Shown here piece after piece: positions 50,221 to 63,928 of a DNA stretch of 64,000 nucleotides. This DNA is from Octopus sinensis. Taxonomy: Eukaryota. The notes beneath the pieces are model-generated. The model saw nothing but the letters and a program-made list of their open reading frames with translations, searched no databases and was not told the DNA's origin. The position numbers and the translations under genes were made by a program. Each line of letters begins with the position of its first letter. The stretch's first letter is position 1. The DNA lies in assembly GCF_006345805.1 (NCBI RefSeq), contig NC_042998.1:171740001-171804000 (forward strand), in the 5' to 3' direction.

Positions 50221-53135
50221 TATATATATACATATATATACATATATATATACACACACACACACACACCCACACACATATCATCATCAACACTATTGTT
50301 TTTAACTTTAACTTTCCTATGCTTCAATGGCTTAGACAGAATTTGTTGAGCAATATAATATATATATATATACAAATAAGATACACACATATGTAGAGGT
50401 ATAATAGTTTTCTAATGACATATTTATCCATTTTATAACCAGATTGAATTAGTTTTTAGCAGTATAGGATGTGGTTTGTGTATTTTTAATAGTTGTTGTA
50501 TCTGTTGTAACATTGTGGGGAAATTTGTTATTATTTTATGGCTTGGGCCATTAATTATTCATTATTACCCATTATTAGCTAGTGTTTGTTTTATGCTAAA
50601 GGTTTCTTTTGTGTATGTAAATTTAAAAGCTTGACTAAAAAGGGATTTGTCAACGGATTTTATATTTATGGGGCATTCACTGTTACCATGTTTACATAAG
50701 CATTTTTTCATGTATTTTGATAAACTGAAGTGCTGTATGTATTGTTCTTTATTTCTTTGTCACTTTATATAAGAATGAAGCAGTGATAGAGTCTGAATTT
50801 ATGTTGGAGCTATGCTGGATCAAAAATATAAGGATAGAGCTTTTTGAAGTTCATATTTAAACCTATCAATCTGTTTGTACCTGTTGCAATAAATATATCA
50901 CTAATATACTTAATGGGAACAACTTTGTTTTCTGCTCTAGCCATATAGAATGCCTTGAATACAGATGTGAATTTAAAATCCATAACCACTCTATCCTTCT
51001 AGATGTATAGATTACCTTGAAGATAGCTGAAGAGAACTGTATGTGCTGGCCAATAGAAACTTATAATGTTTCATGCAATAACAGGTGGTTTTATTGTATA
51101 GAGTATGTATATATCATCCATAATTATGTTTATAATTTCCATAAGTGGACATTGATAAACTTTTGATGTTCGTGAGGGAAATTTTTTCCAACTTTCTCAG
51201 ATTCCAGTTGAATTTCAAAGAACTTATCAGATGACTATATACTGTACCTATCCAGTTTGTACTTCTTTATAGTGCAGGCAAGTATTTCTTGGAGATTATG
51301 GACCGTGGAAAGTTATTAGGTTTTAAACACGCAGATAAAACATATGTAAACTAAATCAGGAATTCTACAAGGATTGACCATTAAATGATTTTTAAACCCA
51401 GCGTTGGTGATTTTATCAGTTATAAAAGTATTCCTACCATTCTTTCCAACCTACTACAAACAAAACAGCATTATTGCCATCATTTTGCTTTGAGAATGAA
51501 ATAGGGAAGGTCTGGGAATATTAATGGATTTAGGAACACATTTATTTGAAACTAAATATAAAGAGCTAAAAAGAAAATACAAAAAGAAATCTTTAATAAG
51601 AAAGATCAAACTTGAACATAGACATGTCTTTATTGCATGTGCATATGTACACATACATATATGCACACACATACATGTAAGTGCAAACAAGTATTACTAG
51701 ACACAGATACATATTCATTTACTCATCCCAAACCACTACAAATATTAGTTCATGTAGAAATGTATGCCTACACTTATACAAGTGCATACACCTATATTTA
51801 CACATACAAGCATTTAGTTGTAGGCGTACAAATGAGAGTATAGACACACATGCAACCTTTGCCATAAAATCCTGTATTCAACATGCATATATTAAGGATG
51901 TGTGGAAGGGAAAACACAAGGTTGGTGGAATGTGGGAAGACTTTGCATGAAGATATTGAGATTATAGGCTGTAGGTCTAGCTGAATTAGAAGTGATGCAG
52001 TTTATTACCTTTGAAGATTTTGTGTTTGTATGAAGAGACCAACTCAGTGTTACACGTAAGGTGGTTTGTTTTAGAGTAGGGAATTTAAAAGGGTTCAGAA
52101 GTATATAACAATCTATTATAGGCTTGGAAAGGCTGGAAATGTGTGTTTTCCAATTGATAAAACTGGGTATGTTGCTTGATTTCAAAGACCATGTATAGCT
52201 ATACAAAGAACTGGTTATTAAATGTATGGTAGAATCTGTAGTACATGAAGTTGGATGTGTGTGTTGTAATAGTGACTACTGTAGTCATATATTAGGTTCT
52301 TTGATAGAAGACAGTCTCTGTTTAAAGGATAGGCTGAAGGATTCATGCAACTGTAATTAGTAGAACAAGGTATCAGGTTAAAATTGTTAGAACTAGACTC
52401 CTTACTGTTTTTTTTTTAAGTCATAGAGAATAATATTTTTATTTGTGCTTGTTGATTAACTTGTGATATCTATGATTTGGAGGGGAGTGTTTTAAAAGTA
52501 ATTTAAAGAACAGAAGAGCTATGATGGTGAACCATTGTAGGTTGATTGGTGGATTAAACAAGATGGTAATTTTTTGGTGTCAATTGTTGCTTTTTGAAAT
52601 TGGTGTAGTTTGGTTTGTGTATTTTACTTTGTTCTGTCTTTGGAGTTTCTATTCTTTAGTACAGTTTTATAAAATGTTGAAATTTCAGGTACTTTCTTAT
52701 TAGATGAAAGGTTCAAGAACCTAAATGAATATGCTTTGTGGGTCATTAGTGGATTTATGTATGCATTTGATCTTTTTCCTGTTTTTTTTTGTTTTTTTTT
52801 CTGAAAGGTTTCTAAAATGTTCATAGTTTTAAGTTATTTTACAGTAAGAAAACACCAAGTCTTTAAAGAACTTATGAAGGATTTTCTTAAATCTACCAGT
52901 TTGTTGTGGGTTAAGGTTTCTGTGGAGGAGTAAGCCATTCCATCTATGTAGTCCATCATGACGTATAGCTTTTAAATGCATACACTGACAAAATTGTTGT
53001 CCTCAGTTGAATCTTTTGAACCCATGCCGACTTCAAGTGAATGTGTCTATGACCTGCCAAATGAGGTGCTCAAGAAACTTTGTTATCTCTAAATGTAATA
53101 AACAAGCTACCAGATAGTGCCTCAACTTGGACAAG

Positions 53136-53352
53136 TCAACCACAACAAGATTTAAACACTAGTTTGCACTTTTCACTTCTAAATAACATTTTAGTTACAG
53201 CCAAATATTTTTTTTGAAAATGCACTACATCAGTACAATATGTCCAGAGAAATAGTTTGGATAGAATTATGAATTTTGATAAATAAATTACATGCCCTGA
53301 TATGCTACTGACGTGAGCTGTAAGTTTAGTTTCTGATGCAGCCAATACATTC
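53136..53352 (-). CDS. Candidate terminal exon of an unknown minus-strand gene
   Basis: Open 71 codons after (tg)n-ag; phase-compatible with 53852-53954. Confidence 0.25.
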
Positions 53353-53380
53353 CTCACACACACACACACACATACACACA

Positions 53381-53412
<32 letters not shown>

Positions 53413-53851
53413 ATCTCTACTGGTACTTTACAGGAAAGGAATCATCATCATCATCATTGTTTTATGGATATCCAACTGTAAAAACAATTGCCCAAAAAAT
53501 AAACCATCTCACCTGTGGTTTTATATAGAGTGAGAAAAATCTATTTGATAAAACAGTTTTAAAAAATGACTATAACTTATTAATAGTTATAATGCTATGT
53601 ATATATATGTATGAGTCAATGAGCTAAGCTGTTAATGCTCCTTGTGATTGTTTTTTTTTTAGCACTCAGTACCACTACCACATGATGTTGAGTGTGAAAA
53701 TAGTGGCTCAGAGCCATGAACAATGAAGTAACAAGAAAAGAAAAAGAATAATATGACTGTTAGAATACAAGTATCATACAATCATATGCTACTGTTTGGC
53801 ATACTGCTTCTTTACTGCTTTATATAATATTCAGTTGTATATCACATTTAC

Positions 53852-53954
53852 CAACAGTGTTTATGAACACATGATATTGGAAAATTTCCTAAGGTTGCTT
53901 TCTGCATAAGAAGCATATTAGTTAAGGGCAGACTATTATTCATTATGTGGCAAG
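53852..53954 (-). CDS. Candidate internal exon
   Basis: cactttgcag|...|gtaaat, open frame CHIMNNSLPLTNMLLMQKATLGNFPISCVHKHC, phase 1 to 2. Confidence 0.3.
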
Positions 53955-55930
53955 CTGCAAAGTGATTTTTAATTAATTGAAATTATAACCCTTATGAAAA
54001 GAAAAGTCATTGGTATGAATAAAAATTGTTTTCAGAAGGAACAAGGGAGAAACCTCTGAAAACTTCAATCCAAGAATAATTAAATTGAGATATGCAGGAG
54101 AAGAGAGTGAGTCTCTGTTCTTTGATATCAAGGGTGGACAACTTCAAATATGTTTCAATATTACCGGACCTCCTCAGCAAAGTATTGATACCTACATATG
54201 TATACCATGCAATAGTGCCTATTACATTATTTTATTATTCAAGATACATAAACAATCACAAGTATTTTCATTTGTGCTACTCACCTCACATTAAGCTGGT
54301 CACAAGTCCACAAGCTCTCCCAATTAAAATCCTATTAGTAGAGGATGTGTGATCAGAAAGTTGAAGCTCTGAAGCCCATTCGTTGATGAAATTAAAGTGC
54401 TGGGAATTATACAAATATTGGTACATTATCCTAGTATTGTATAACAAGCAGCACTTGTTTTAGTTCTTGGTACAAAAGATTTTCACTCTAGAGCCTTCTG
54501 GTCAAAGTATGCCTGCAAAATATATATACATAATGTATACATAACATGAAATATCATATACATATGAAATATATATATTCCATAATAGTAGATTCCATTC
54601 CCAACTACTTAATCTTGGGGTTCAGTCTCACTGTGTGATACCCTGGGCAAGTATATTCTGCTATAGTCCCAAGATGATCAAAGCCTGATGTGTATGTGTG
54701 TGCTTTTCATTTCCAATCTTCTGTGAAAACGTCCAGCCAAGGGGAAAACATTGCCTTGGTTGCAAACAGGTGATGGTTGATGAGGGAAAGGACATCTGCT
54801 GCAGTCAATTCTGTTTGACTCATGCAAGAATGGGAAAATATATTTTAAAATGACGACAATGACGATTTCGTACACATTTCAAAAAATATCTTATACATAT
54901 GATAATATATTATACACATACAAAAATTCTTAATATTTTGAAATATCATCATCATCATCATCATCATTGTTTAACGTCCGCTTTCCATGCTAGCATGGGT
55001 GGGATGGTTCAACTGGGGTCTGGGAAGGCAGAAGGCTGCACCAGGCCCAGTCTGATCTGGCAATGTTTCTACAGCTGGATGCCCTTCCTAATGCCAACCA
55101 CTCTGAGTGTAGTGGGTGCTTTTTATGTGCCAGATGAGGCTGTCAAATGGCCACGATCGGTTGGTGCTCTTTACATGCCGCCGGCACGGAGGCTAGTCGG
55201 GACAGTGCTGGCTACAGCCACGTTCGGATGGTTCTCTTACGTGCACCAGCACTGGTATCACAGCTACAAATTCCATTGATGTTGATCGATTACGATTTAT
55301 GTACGATTATGATCGATTTATGATCGATTACGAAATATGTACATACAATATCGTATATCCAAAAATATCACATATACATAATAATGATGATGATAATACT
55401 AACAACAACACTATGGATAAATATACCACAAAATATCATGCATCACAAGTTATCATATATATATATATATATTACCAACATCATCATCATCATTTTAACA
55501 TCCATATTTCTATATTGATCTGGGTCAGGTGGAATTTGTTGAGGTAGATTTCCTGTGGCTGGATACCCTACCTGTCATTAATCCTCATCTGTTTCCAAGT
55601 AAGGTAATATTTCCCCTTGGCCTGATATATTTTCATAGAAGACAGGAAATAAATTACACGCGCACACACACACACACACACACATACACACACACACACA
55701 CACATTAAAATATACTGCCTTTGTTGATTTAAATTTCAAAAATTATAAATACATTAGTAAAATAACCTTGTCATTAGTAAGTTGGTATAGAGAATATAAA
55801 TTATCATGAAATATGAATGGAAGATTTTAATTTTCATTACTTAAGAATATGAACTTTGTATCCCAGAACCCAAATTGATCTTAGGTGGGTTGGTATCAAG
55901 AGGGTAAATAAAAGAATATAAAGTATACAC

Positions 55931-55991
55931 CTTTCTGTTGGGAATAAAAATCTAGGTCTTTGAACTGTTCATATTTCTTCCCAGCATGTGA
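55931..55991 (-). CDS. Candidate internal exon
   Basis: ccttgtgtttag|SHAGKKYEQFKDLDFYSQQK|gtgtat, phase 0 to 1. Confidence 0.3.
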
Positions 55992-56691
55992 CTAAACACA
56001 AGGTGACATTGTGATGTTGTCTAAGGAAGAGTTTAACAAGAGAAGGGAACACCTGTGGAGAGATAATCTGTTGTGCAACATTTCTCTGAATATAATTTTT
56101 TTTTTTTCTGTGATAACTTACAATACATGTGTCTTCAAAACCAGATATAAATCTACAGCAAACTCAACCACTTAACTGTATTAACTCTTGGTCTACCAGA
56201 GAAAATGCCTGTCGCTAATTACCCATATGAAAAGAAGTTGTTTAAGCCTTAAGACCAAAACAGTAATTTAATGTAAATTGCATTACTGTCAAAGTCAATA
56301 ATAATGATTCATAAATTTTCTTATTTCAGATGTGCCCCATGCTGGTTCTTATGCACTTGCAGTTCACTCCAGGAACTAAAAGAGTTCTGTAACTCCCATT
56401 CAGACCATCAACATTATAATAATTAGGTTTGCTTTCCATGCCAGAATAGGTTGGACACGTCACCACAGTTCAAGTCAGTTATTTTTGGAGTTACTGTCCT
56501 TTGAGATGATTTAGAAGACTATGTCTTGCTTGTAATTTCAATTTTGAGCTTGGTTTCTATGGCTGGATGCCCTTGCTATGACTAACCACTACTCCTTGTT
56601 CTAGTTACGTTTTATCATGGTATCCATACCTGAAAAGTTGACATGTCTTCAGCATGACTAAAGAGTTCTTTTGAGCCTAAATTATCTCTAC

Positions 56692-57129
56692 CTGTTTGCC
56701 AATAATTTTACAGTGTACTTGGTGTAATTTTATTGAGGCATCATCATTAGCAAGGGTGCCTTGCATCGGGAAAACTAAAGAGTTCTCATGACTCTTCATT
56801 TGCTCAAATGAGAGGACAAGTAGATGAAAGTATGACTCAAAAAGTAGGTAAATAGGTGGATCTCCATCGTTCGGCAATGATGATTCAGTTGTTTGATAAT
56901 CTGAATTACTTGCTCTCAAAGTAATGTGTAATTGACTGAACTTTCTACATACATATATGCCTTTCGCATAATTCCCAGAGTGACACAGTCTGACAAGGCT
57001 GTAACTTCCAAAATATACTGGTACAATTCGCCTAACAGGATTTTCTACAGTTTCCTCCAACCCTATTCCACTCATAAGATATGATGGGCTGGAGGTTATA
57101 GAGAATGACATACAGAAACTTTCATCCAT
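56692..57129 (-). CDS. Candidate first coding exon (146 aa) of an unrecognised protein
   Basis: Long stop-free frame in non-repetitive DNA, bounded by ctgacag|ATG and cag|gtagag. No transposon motif and no family recognised. Confidence 0.5.
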
Positions 57130-57499
57130 CTGTCAGCTATTTGGAATAGATAGATGACAACAAAATCATAGCGGTGGTGTGTTACCCTGAAGATCATTTG
57201 CAGAAACACAAAACATCACAGACAGAAATGCTGTAAGGCAGTTCTCTTGACCAAAATATTATCAACGATACAGTTGATCTGAGAGACGATAGCGTTGATT
57301 TATGGTACTCACCCTTAATGTAGTATATGATAAATTTATAGTTATTCCAGTATACAGTCACAATATACTAATCACTTGCACAGAATCGCACTTTTCTCCC
57401 ACCAAAACCACTTTAAAATATCTCTCAACAAGTGTATGAGGGAACATACTAAATTTGCCCACCCCCTTTCACAAAATCTCCTCGTAAAATAGGGGAATA

Positions 57500-57704
57500 T
57501 CTTATGCAAGAGTGCCTCTTATACGCCGGGAAGTTCAGTGTAGACTCACACAAACGCGCGCGCGCACACACGGCAGGCACACACGCTTATAAGCGCAAGC
57601 ATCTGAATGCATACATGTCTGAACGCATAATCAGTGTCTAGCCGAGTTTATCTGTATGTAAAAATCATTGTGAAATGCCTATGCTTACCTCCTCCCAACC
57701 CCAC

Positions 57705-57752
<48 letters not shown>

Positions 57753-57760
57753 AAAAATCA
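57500..57760. promoter_or_regulatory. CpG-retaining promoter-like region with (CG)n and (GA)n
   Basis: acgcgcgcgcgcacac and a (GA)n tract, just upstream of the candidate minus-strand gene. Minus-strand donor-like sites at about 57312 (aagg|gtgagt) and 57689 (gag|gtaagc). Confidence 0.35.
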
Positions 57761-58320
57761 AATATCTTCGACCAGAGTTGTTTTGTGTCAGATTGTTAGT
57801 TCGGTAACACTAGTTAAGTCTACGTATTTTTGATTACAATAAGCGTCGACAACTTCATCAGTTGACAGCGTCTTTTAGAAGTTGTATTCCTTTTGTTATA
57901 TCTTCAATAGGCTTAATACAGGGAATTAATTGCAATTTCAAGTTATTCCTGCCTCAAAAGTAAGGATTCAAAAGCTTAAAAGATTGAGAGTTAAAAATAA
58001 ATATATAAATGGCGGTGCCCCAGCATGGCCACAGCTCGTGAGCTGAAACTAGATAAAAAAAAAATAAAATAAAATAAAAAAAAATTAACACGACTCCATA
58101 AAATGTATTGGGGAGTGTTTTTATATATGATACCCAGAGTATTTGTTCTATAGTCAGTTGTGTATGGCCTAATTTTATAATTACGTTTACGCCTGTACAA
58201 AGAAAGCAGATGTCTAGTGACAAAGATGAATTGATGACGTATCTCTGTGGTCAACAGGTGGATCTTCAGATGTGCTTGCTCTCACAAGAAGAGTATCAAG
58301 ATTATTCAACAACTTGGTCT

Positions 58321-58363
<43 letters not shown>

Positions 58364-59164
58364 ATTTTCACCCTCCCGCTTTTTATAGTAAAGAAAGTCG
58401 ATAAACTTTAGCAAATTAAATTACAAACGGATATAAGTTGACAATCATAAAAGTATCTATATTTACTTTTTGTAATTAGAAGCTATACATTGTAGCATGT
58501 ATACACTTCAGTCGAAAACTTGTCTGAAGCAGCAAGGGTGGCATCAACGACCAGGTTTTTGACAATGCTCGTCTTTTCTCTAAATGCGAATCAAGCTTAG
58601 TGACCCATAAGGGTCAGATGTATCACATACAGTGTTGCTTTAGAAGGAAGGGAAGATGAAGACAAAATAACGAATAATAGTTAAGATGAAATAAAAAAAT
58701 AACGGCAGTGTATAGAAAGCGAAATAAAAGAACTGATTGAAAGCCGACGTTTTTACATTGCATTCATACCTGACAATTTAAAAGGTAAATGCTTGAGACA
58801 GATTTGATGAGAAATATACATTTCTTACATACTCAACTGTAAGAGGTTTATAATGTCTGTGATGTCAATTGATTTAAGTATTTTACAATTACAAGTTATT
58901 ATGCACATACCGCTACAGACGGCTTCCAAATAAATAAATGTAAGGTTGGTCCATAAACGAATCATGCTCGTATTAAATGCAGATTATGATATAATGATTT
59001 ACGAGAGTTGTATAATATGGTTGAATGTATGGCAATATACGTCTACACAATCATGCAAGCATAAAATATAAGTGTAAAACATACACACACACCCATTTTA
59101 AATAGAATTAAATTTCTGAGGAAGTAAATTAGCCAAAATAGAACAAAGGATTTTACACACACAC

Positions 59165-59225
<61 letters not shown>

Positions 59226-62104
59226 ACGTGCGAGAGCGCACAATAGGCTAACTAAAAAGACTGAAATAAAAATCTAAAAGCTGAAACATTTCCACCAGGT
59301 AAGAAACTGCTGTCTCCCTCAGGCAATAACCAACGGTGGCATAACAAAATTCTTATTGTTAGTAATGCATTATACAATGACACATTGTACAACAAACATT
59401 CAAAGGTTGATTTTTCTATAGAAAACCTGAGTGTAAAATAGTAAAACATTTTACAACTAGAGTGGTGTAAATGATCCCGCTGAGTGAGAAATTTAAGTCT
59501 TAAGTACTTGGCCTTAAAACTGGTACTCATTGTCACATCATTCAAGCAGTTCGACCTCTTTTGTGTGTGAAATTCATAACATAATTTCTGAAAATGAAAG
59601 AATGCAGCTATGTTTTGAAACATTAACAAACACTTGAGTAAACGGTGACCTTAAAAGTGGTTAGAGATAATTTGTCGTATAAAGACTCTAAAATGAGGAA
59701 AAGAGAAAGCAATATTTAACGTGTTATATATTGAAGTGATCAAAATCTATGAAGTTCATTGAGCTTAATATGTCGCATAAAGCGTATTGAAATAAATTGA
59801 ATATTTCAACAAAACAAGGATCTATTTATGATAAAACCATGATATACATTTAAAGAAAAAGACAGGTCTTTTCTGTTAGGTTTACACACCCCAATTTTAC
59901 AAAACTTTCCATGAATACGTAATTTTGCATGTTAAGAAAATTGCATACATTTCTCTCTCTCTCTCTCTCTCTGTCTTTGTAGAAATTAATTACAAATCAT
60001 TAAAAGTTAAAATTTTGGATAATTTAAGTCAATCAAATCTATTCATTCTCCACAACGCCGTTGTGATGTAAGGAAGTGCGACTTTTTTTCACTTTTTTTT
60101 TTGTTTTTCATATGCGCATACGAAAGATCACAATTTGTTATTTTTGAGAAATTAATAATAAAAGCTTTACAAAACATTTAAAGATGGGGGGAAAAAACTA
60201 ATGAAACGTTTTGTTTGCAATGAAACTTTAGACTTCACTACAAACCCTAATCTTATTCAAAACCACAATGTTTCCATATTCTTTCATTAAATTCTTTATA
60301 TTTATAACAACAGTACCACGCTTCGTCTCACGCAAACAAATAACACCTTCCATAACATCATCGCCCAATGGTAATTGCAATTTCTAGTATGTGCATGATA
60401 GAGGTTTCTAATTGGTTAAAGTTATCAAAATTTGCAGTCTTTAAACTTTTTTTTAAAATTATTAATTCCATCCTCTAAGGCGGTGAGCTGGCAGAATCGT
60501 TTGCACAGCGGGCAAAATGCTTAGCGACATCTAGTCCGTCTCTATATTCTGAGTTCAAATTCCACCGAATAATACTTTAGCTTTCATTCTTTTGAGGTCG
60601 ATAAAATTAATATCAGTTGAGCACAAGGATTGATGCAATCGATTTAGTCCCTCCCTTGAAATTTCTGGCCTTGTGCCAAAATTTGAAACCATTATTAATT
60701 CCACCCCATTCCAAACAACATAAATGGTGTTCTTCAAAGAGTCTTTTGCGTAATTTATTACAGAAACTTCCAGCATCACCCGGAGATTTAATTTTTAGGA
60801 TTCTGTAAGAGTCTTCTGTAAATTTGAAGAGTTTATGTATAGGTGTCAGTGGTAATTGTAGTTGCTGGATCCATTGCCTGGGGAAGCAGTGATGTTCAAG
60901 ACAAATTCTACAAGCACGGAAGTGCCGTCGGTTGTATCTGTCCGCAGTGTGCATAGTGCGACAGTGTTACTGGAGCTTTGTCAAACAGGTGTTGTCGTAG
61001 GTTCATCGCCTGTCACCTGGGTCCATTGTAAAGATTGCCTCGCTGCCTTTCTTTGCCTGAGAAGGTGATTGTGGCAAAAAGACTGAAGACAAATCTTCTC
61101 CGGTCAAGCTTCCATCACCTTTTTTCAAGTTTATTTTGGAGAGGGAATTATTGCTTCTAAGCAAATGTGTTGATAAGTGGATGAAAGTAGCAAGGATGGT
61201 CCGAGTAAATGGGCCTTCTCTAAGTAGGGGTATCGAAGTTTTGAGGAGTTTTCTTGATTGGCCCCTCAACAGCTATTCTTCTTGTTCTGGAAATATATTT
61301 GTTATTGCTTTTTAATACCTACCGCAAACATCCCGCTATGTTTGTATTTTTGCCATTTTCTATTGTTTTTTTTTCTTTTGGAGCCCTTGCAGTTAATAAA
61401 GAAGGAATTATTGTTTCTATATTCATTATTTTCTTAGAGTGGTTGAATGGTGGAATCATTACAGGCATTCGAAGGTAAAAATCTCGCCGTGGTCAACTTT
61501 GACTAACTTCCTTTCAGGGTCAATAAAGTAAGTACCAGTTGAGCACTGGGGTCATTATAATCAACTAACCTTATTACCTAAAATTTTGAATCTCATGCCT
61601 ATACTGAGGCAGTGAGCTGGCTGAATTGTTAGTACGTTGGACAAAATGCGTAGTGACATTTCATCCTCTTTACACTCTGAGTTCAAACTGTGCCGAGGTC
61701 GACTTTGCCTTTCGTCTTTTCGGAGTCGATAAATTAAATACCGGTGAAACACTGAGGTTGATGTAGTCGACTAGTCCCCTCCCCCAAATTTCAAGCCTTG
61801 TACCCATAGTAAAAAGGATTATTCTTATTACTAGCAGAAAGACCGCACTTCGGGCGATTTTCTGCTGGCCCCTTGATAATATTTTCACATTTGATTCCTA
61901 ATTTTAATAATTTTTATTTCGGTTTTGAATTTGGTTTGCAAGACGCAATGAAAATAAAAAAAAAGTAAATGAGTAGAAATTTTACCAATGAGTGTGTTAA
62001 ATTACAAGGCACTAAAAGAGAATGACTCTTCCCAGACACAACAGAATAGTTTTAATATTTTACGTCAAATTATTTCTTTGTATAATAGTGCTCACTTGCT
62101 TAGT

Positions 62105-62692
62105 AAATATTCTTTTCTACTTAAAGTAGAAGGCCCGAAGTTTTTGGGGAGGGTCCAGTCAATTAGATCAACCCCAGTACACAACTGGTACTTAATTTAT
62201 CGACACCAAAAAGATGAAAGGCAAAGTCGACCTCGGCGGAATTTTAACTCACAACATAACGACAGACGAAATACCTATTTCTTTACTACCCACAAGGGGC
62301 TAAACAGAGAGAGGACAAACAAGGACAGACAGACGAATTAAGTCGATTATATCGACCCCAGTGCGTAACTGGTACTTATTTAATCGACTGCGAAAGGATT
62401 AAAGGTAAAGTCGACCTCGGCGGAATTTGAACTCAGAACGTAGCGGCAGACGAAAAACCTATTTCTTTATTACCCACAAGGGGCTAAATATAGAAGGGAC
62501 AAACAAGGACAGACATAGGTATTAAGTCGATTACATCGACCCCAGTACGTAGCTGGTACTTAATTTATCGACCCCGAAAGGATGAAAGGCAAAGTTGACC
62601 TCGGCGGAATTTGAACTCAGAACGTAGCGGCAGACGAAATACCGCTTAGCATTTCGCCCTACGTGCTAATGTTTCTGCCAGCTCAACGCCTT
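62105..62692 (-). mobile_element. SINE trimer (one head, three bodies, two tail types)
   Basis: Each junction reads ...aaagaaatag|gt(a/t)tttcgtctg; the last unit ends in the alternative tail. Confidence 0.9.
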
Positions 62693-62754
62693 TTGTTTAG
62701 TAAATATTGCTTTCATTATTTTATCACAGTCATAATCTGTCTTTTTTAAGCACC

Positions 62755-62880
62755 ACAGTAGTCCAACAACAGAGGGAGAAGCAGTTTATCAAGTTTTACC
62801 TTCCCCTCAAAGCAACAAGGAGGTTTCAATTCAGTAGCCCATCTGCAAGCTTTGCAGTGTGTGTTTGAGATGGGGTGGGG
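62755..62880 (-). mobile_element. Helitron N-terminal zinc-finger fragment
   Basis: THCKACRWATELKPPCCFEGKVKL matches the CxxCxAxxW...CCxxGKVxL motif. Confidence 0.75.
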
Positions 62881-63816
62881 AGAACATTGCAAACAATGAA
62901 TGAAATGAACATGAAATGAACAAAATCGTATAAACAAAAGGGCATTACTACAGATGTATACACCTCCGATTTTGTTGCCTCATAACATTCAGAAAAATAG
63001 ATGATTTTTAACAAAATTTTCTACAAATACCGCTTAGATGTTGTGGCTTCAGAGTATATAGGGATTTATGGCAAAGATTTTTTCCGAGGGGATGGAGAGA
63101 GGAGTTTTAGAAAATTCACCCGATCTGACTGTTTTCCCTCATAACTTTTAGGAACATGGGTATCTTTTAATGAAAATTTATACAAATCCCTTTCAAATGG
63201 CATAGATTACGATTATAAAGAAATTTATAGGGAAAAGTTTTTCAGGGTTTTCCCCCATTGTTTTTAAGCCACAGCCTTCGAAATGATAGAGTTTGGTTGG
63301 GGTCATCATTGTATGAAAAATGTTTTGAAAATTCCCTCATCATCCCACTCCAGACGTATTTTGACCAATTGTTTTGCACTTCAAAACCAGAGGAAGTGTA
63401 TTTTCGGTAAAAAAAAAAAGCAACCCGCCCTGTTTCCTTATCACTCGCATGTATTGATGCTTTTCAATATTTCCCCCTTCCCATAAATACATTTATATGC
63501 TATAAAAAAGAAAATTTGAGAAATTATGTATTTTTTTGCAACCCCACTCCCTGCCCCCGATTGCTTCTGTTTAAAAATTAAAATATTGGTCAGCCTGAGA
63601 AGGTCATTGCTGGCTTTTATCCACAGTGATTTTTAAAATTACGATGTACTTGCATAGCAAGTGACTTGATTTGAGATCATGTGCTGAAACAAAAACAATT
63701 GCAGCATGGAAGATGTTTGTAAGCCATTCAAGAACACATAAAAATCGTTAGTTTCACTTCAACATAAAACTTTCATTTGTGTCAAGATATTTTCATCGCT
63801 TTCAAACTGTGACTTG

Positions 63817-63868
63817 TTCACTGACAAAACTTCACAAAAGTGATCCAGCACGAAGTTTTGTCAGTGAA
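63817..63868. repeat. 17-bp perfect inverted repeat with 18-nt loop
   Basis: ttcactgacaaaacttc...gaagttttgtcagtgaa. Confidence 0.85.
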
Positions 63869-63886
63869 TAGCATACCACACACACA

Positions 63887-63928
<42 letters not shown>

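Noticed and set aside
53005-53092. F-box-like YDLPNEVLKKLCYL on the plus strand
   Set aside because: Ends in a stop immediately, and a motif this short can arise by chance.
59252-59629. 125-aa minus-strand ORF
   Set aside because: TTG-initiated, AT-rich and without a recognisable domain or clear splice boundaries; within chance range.
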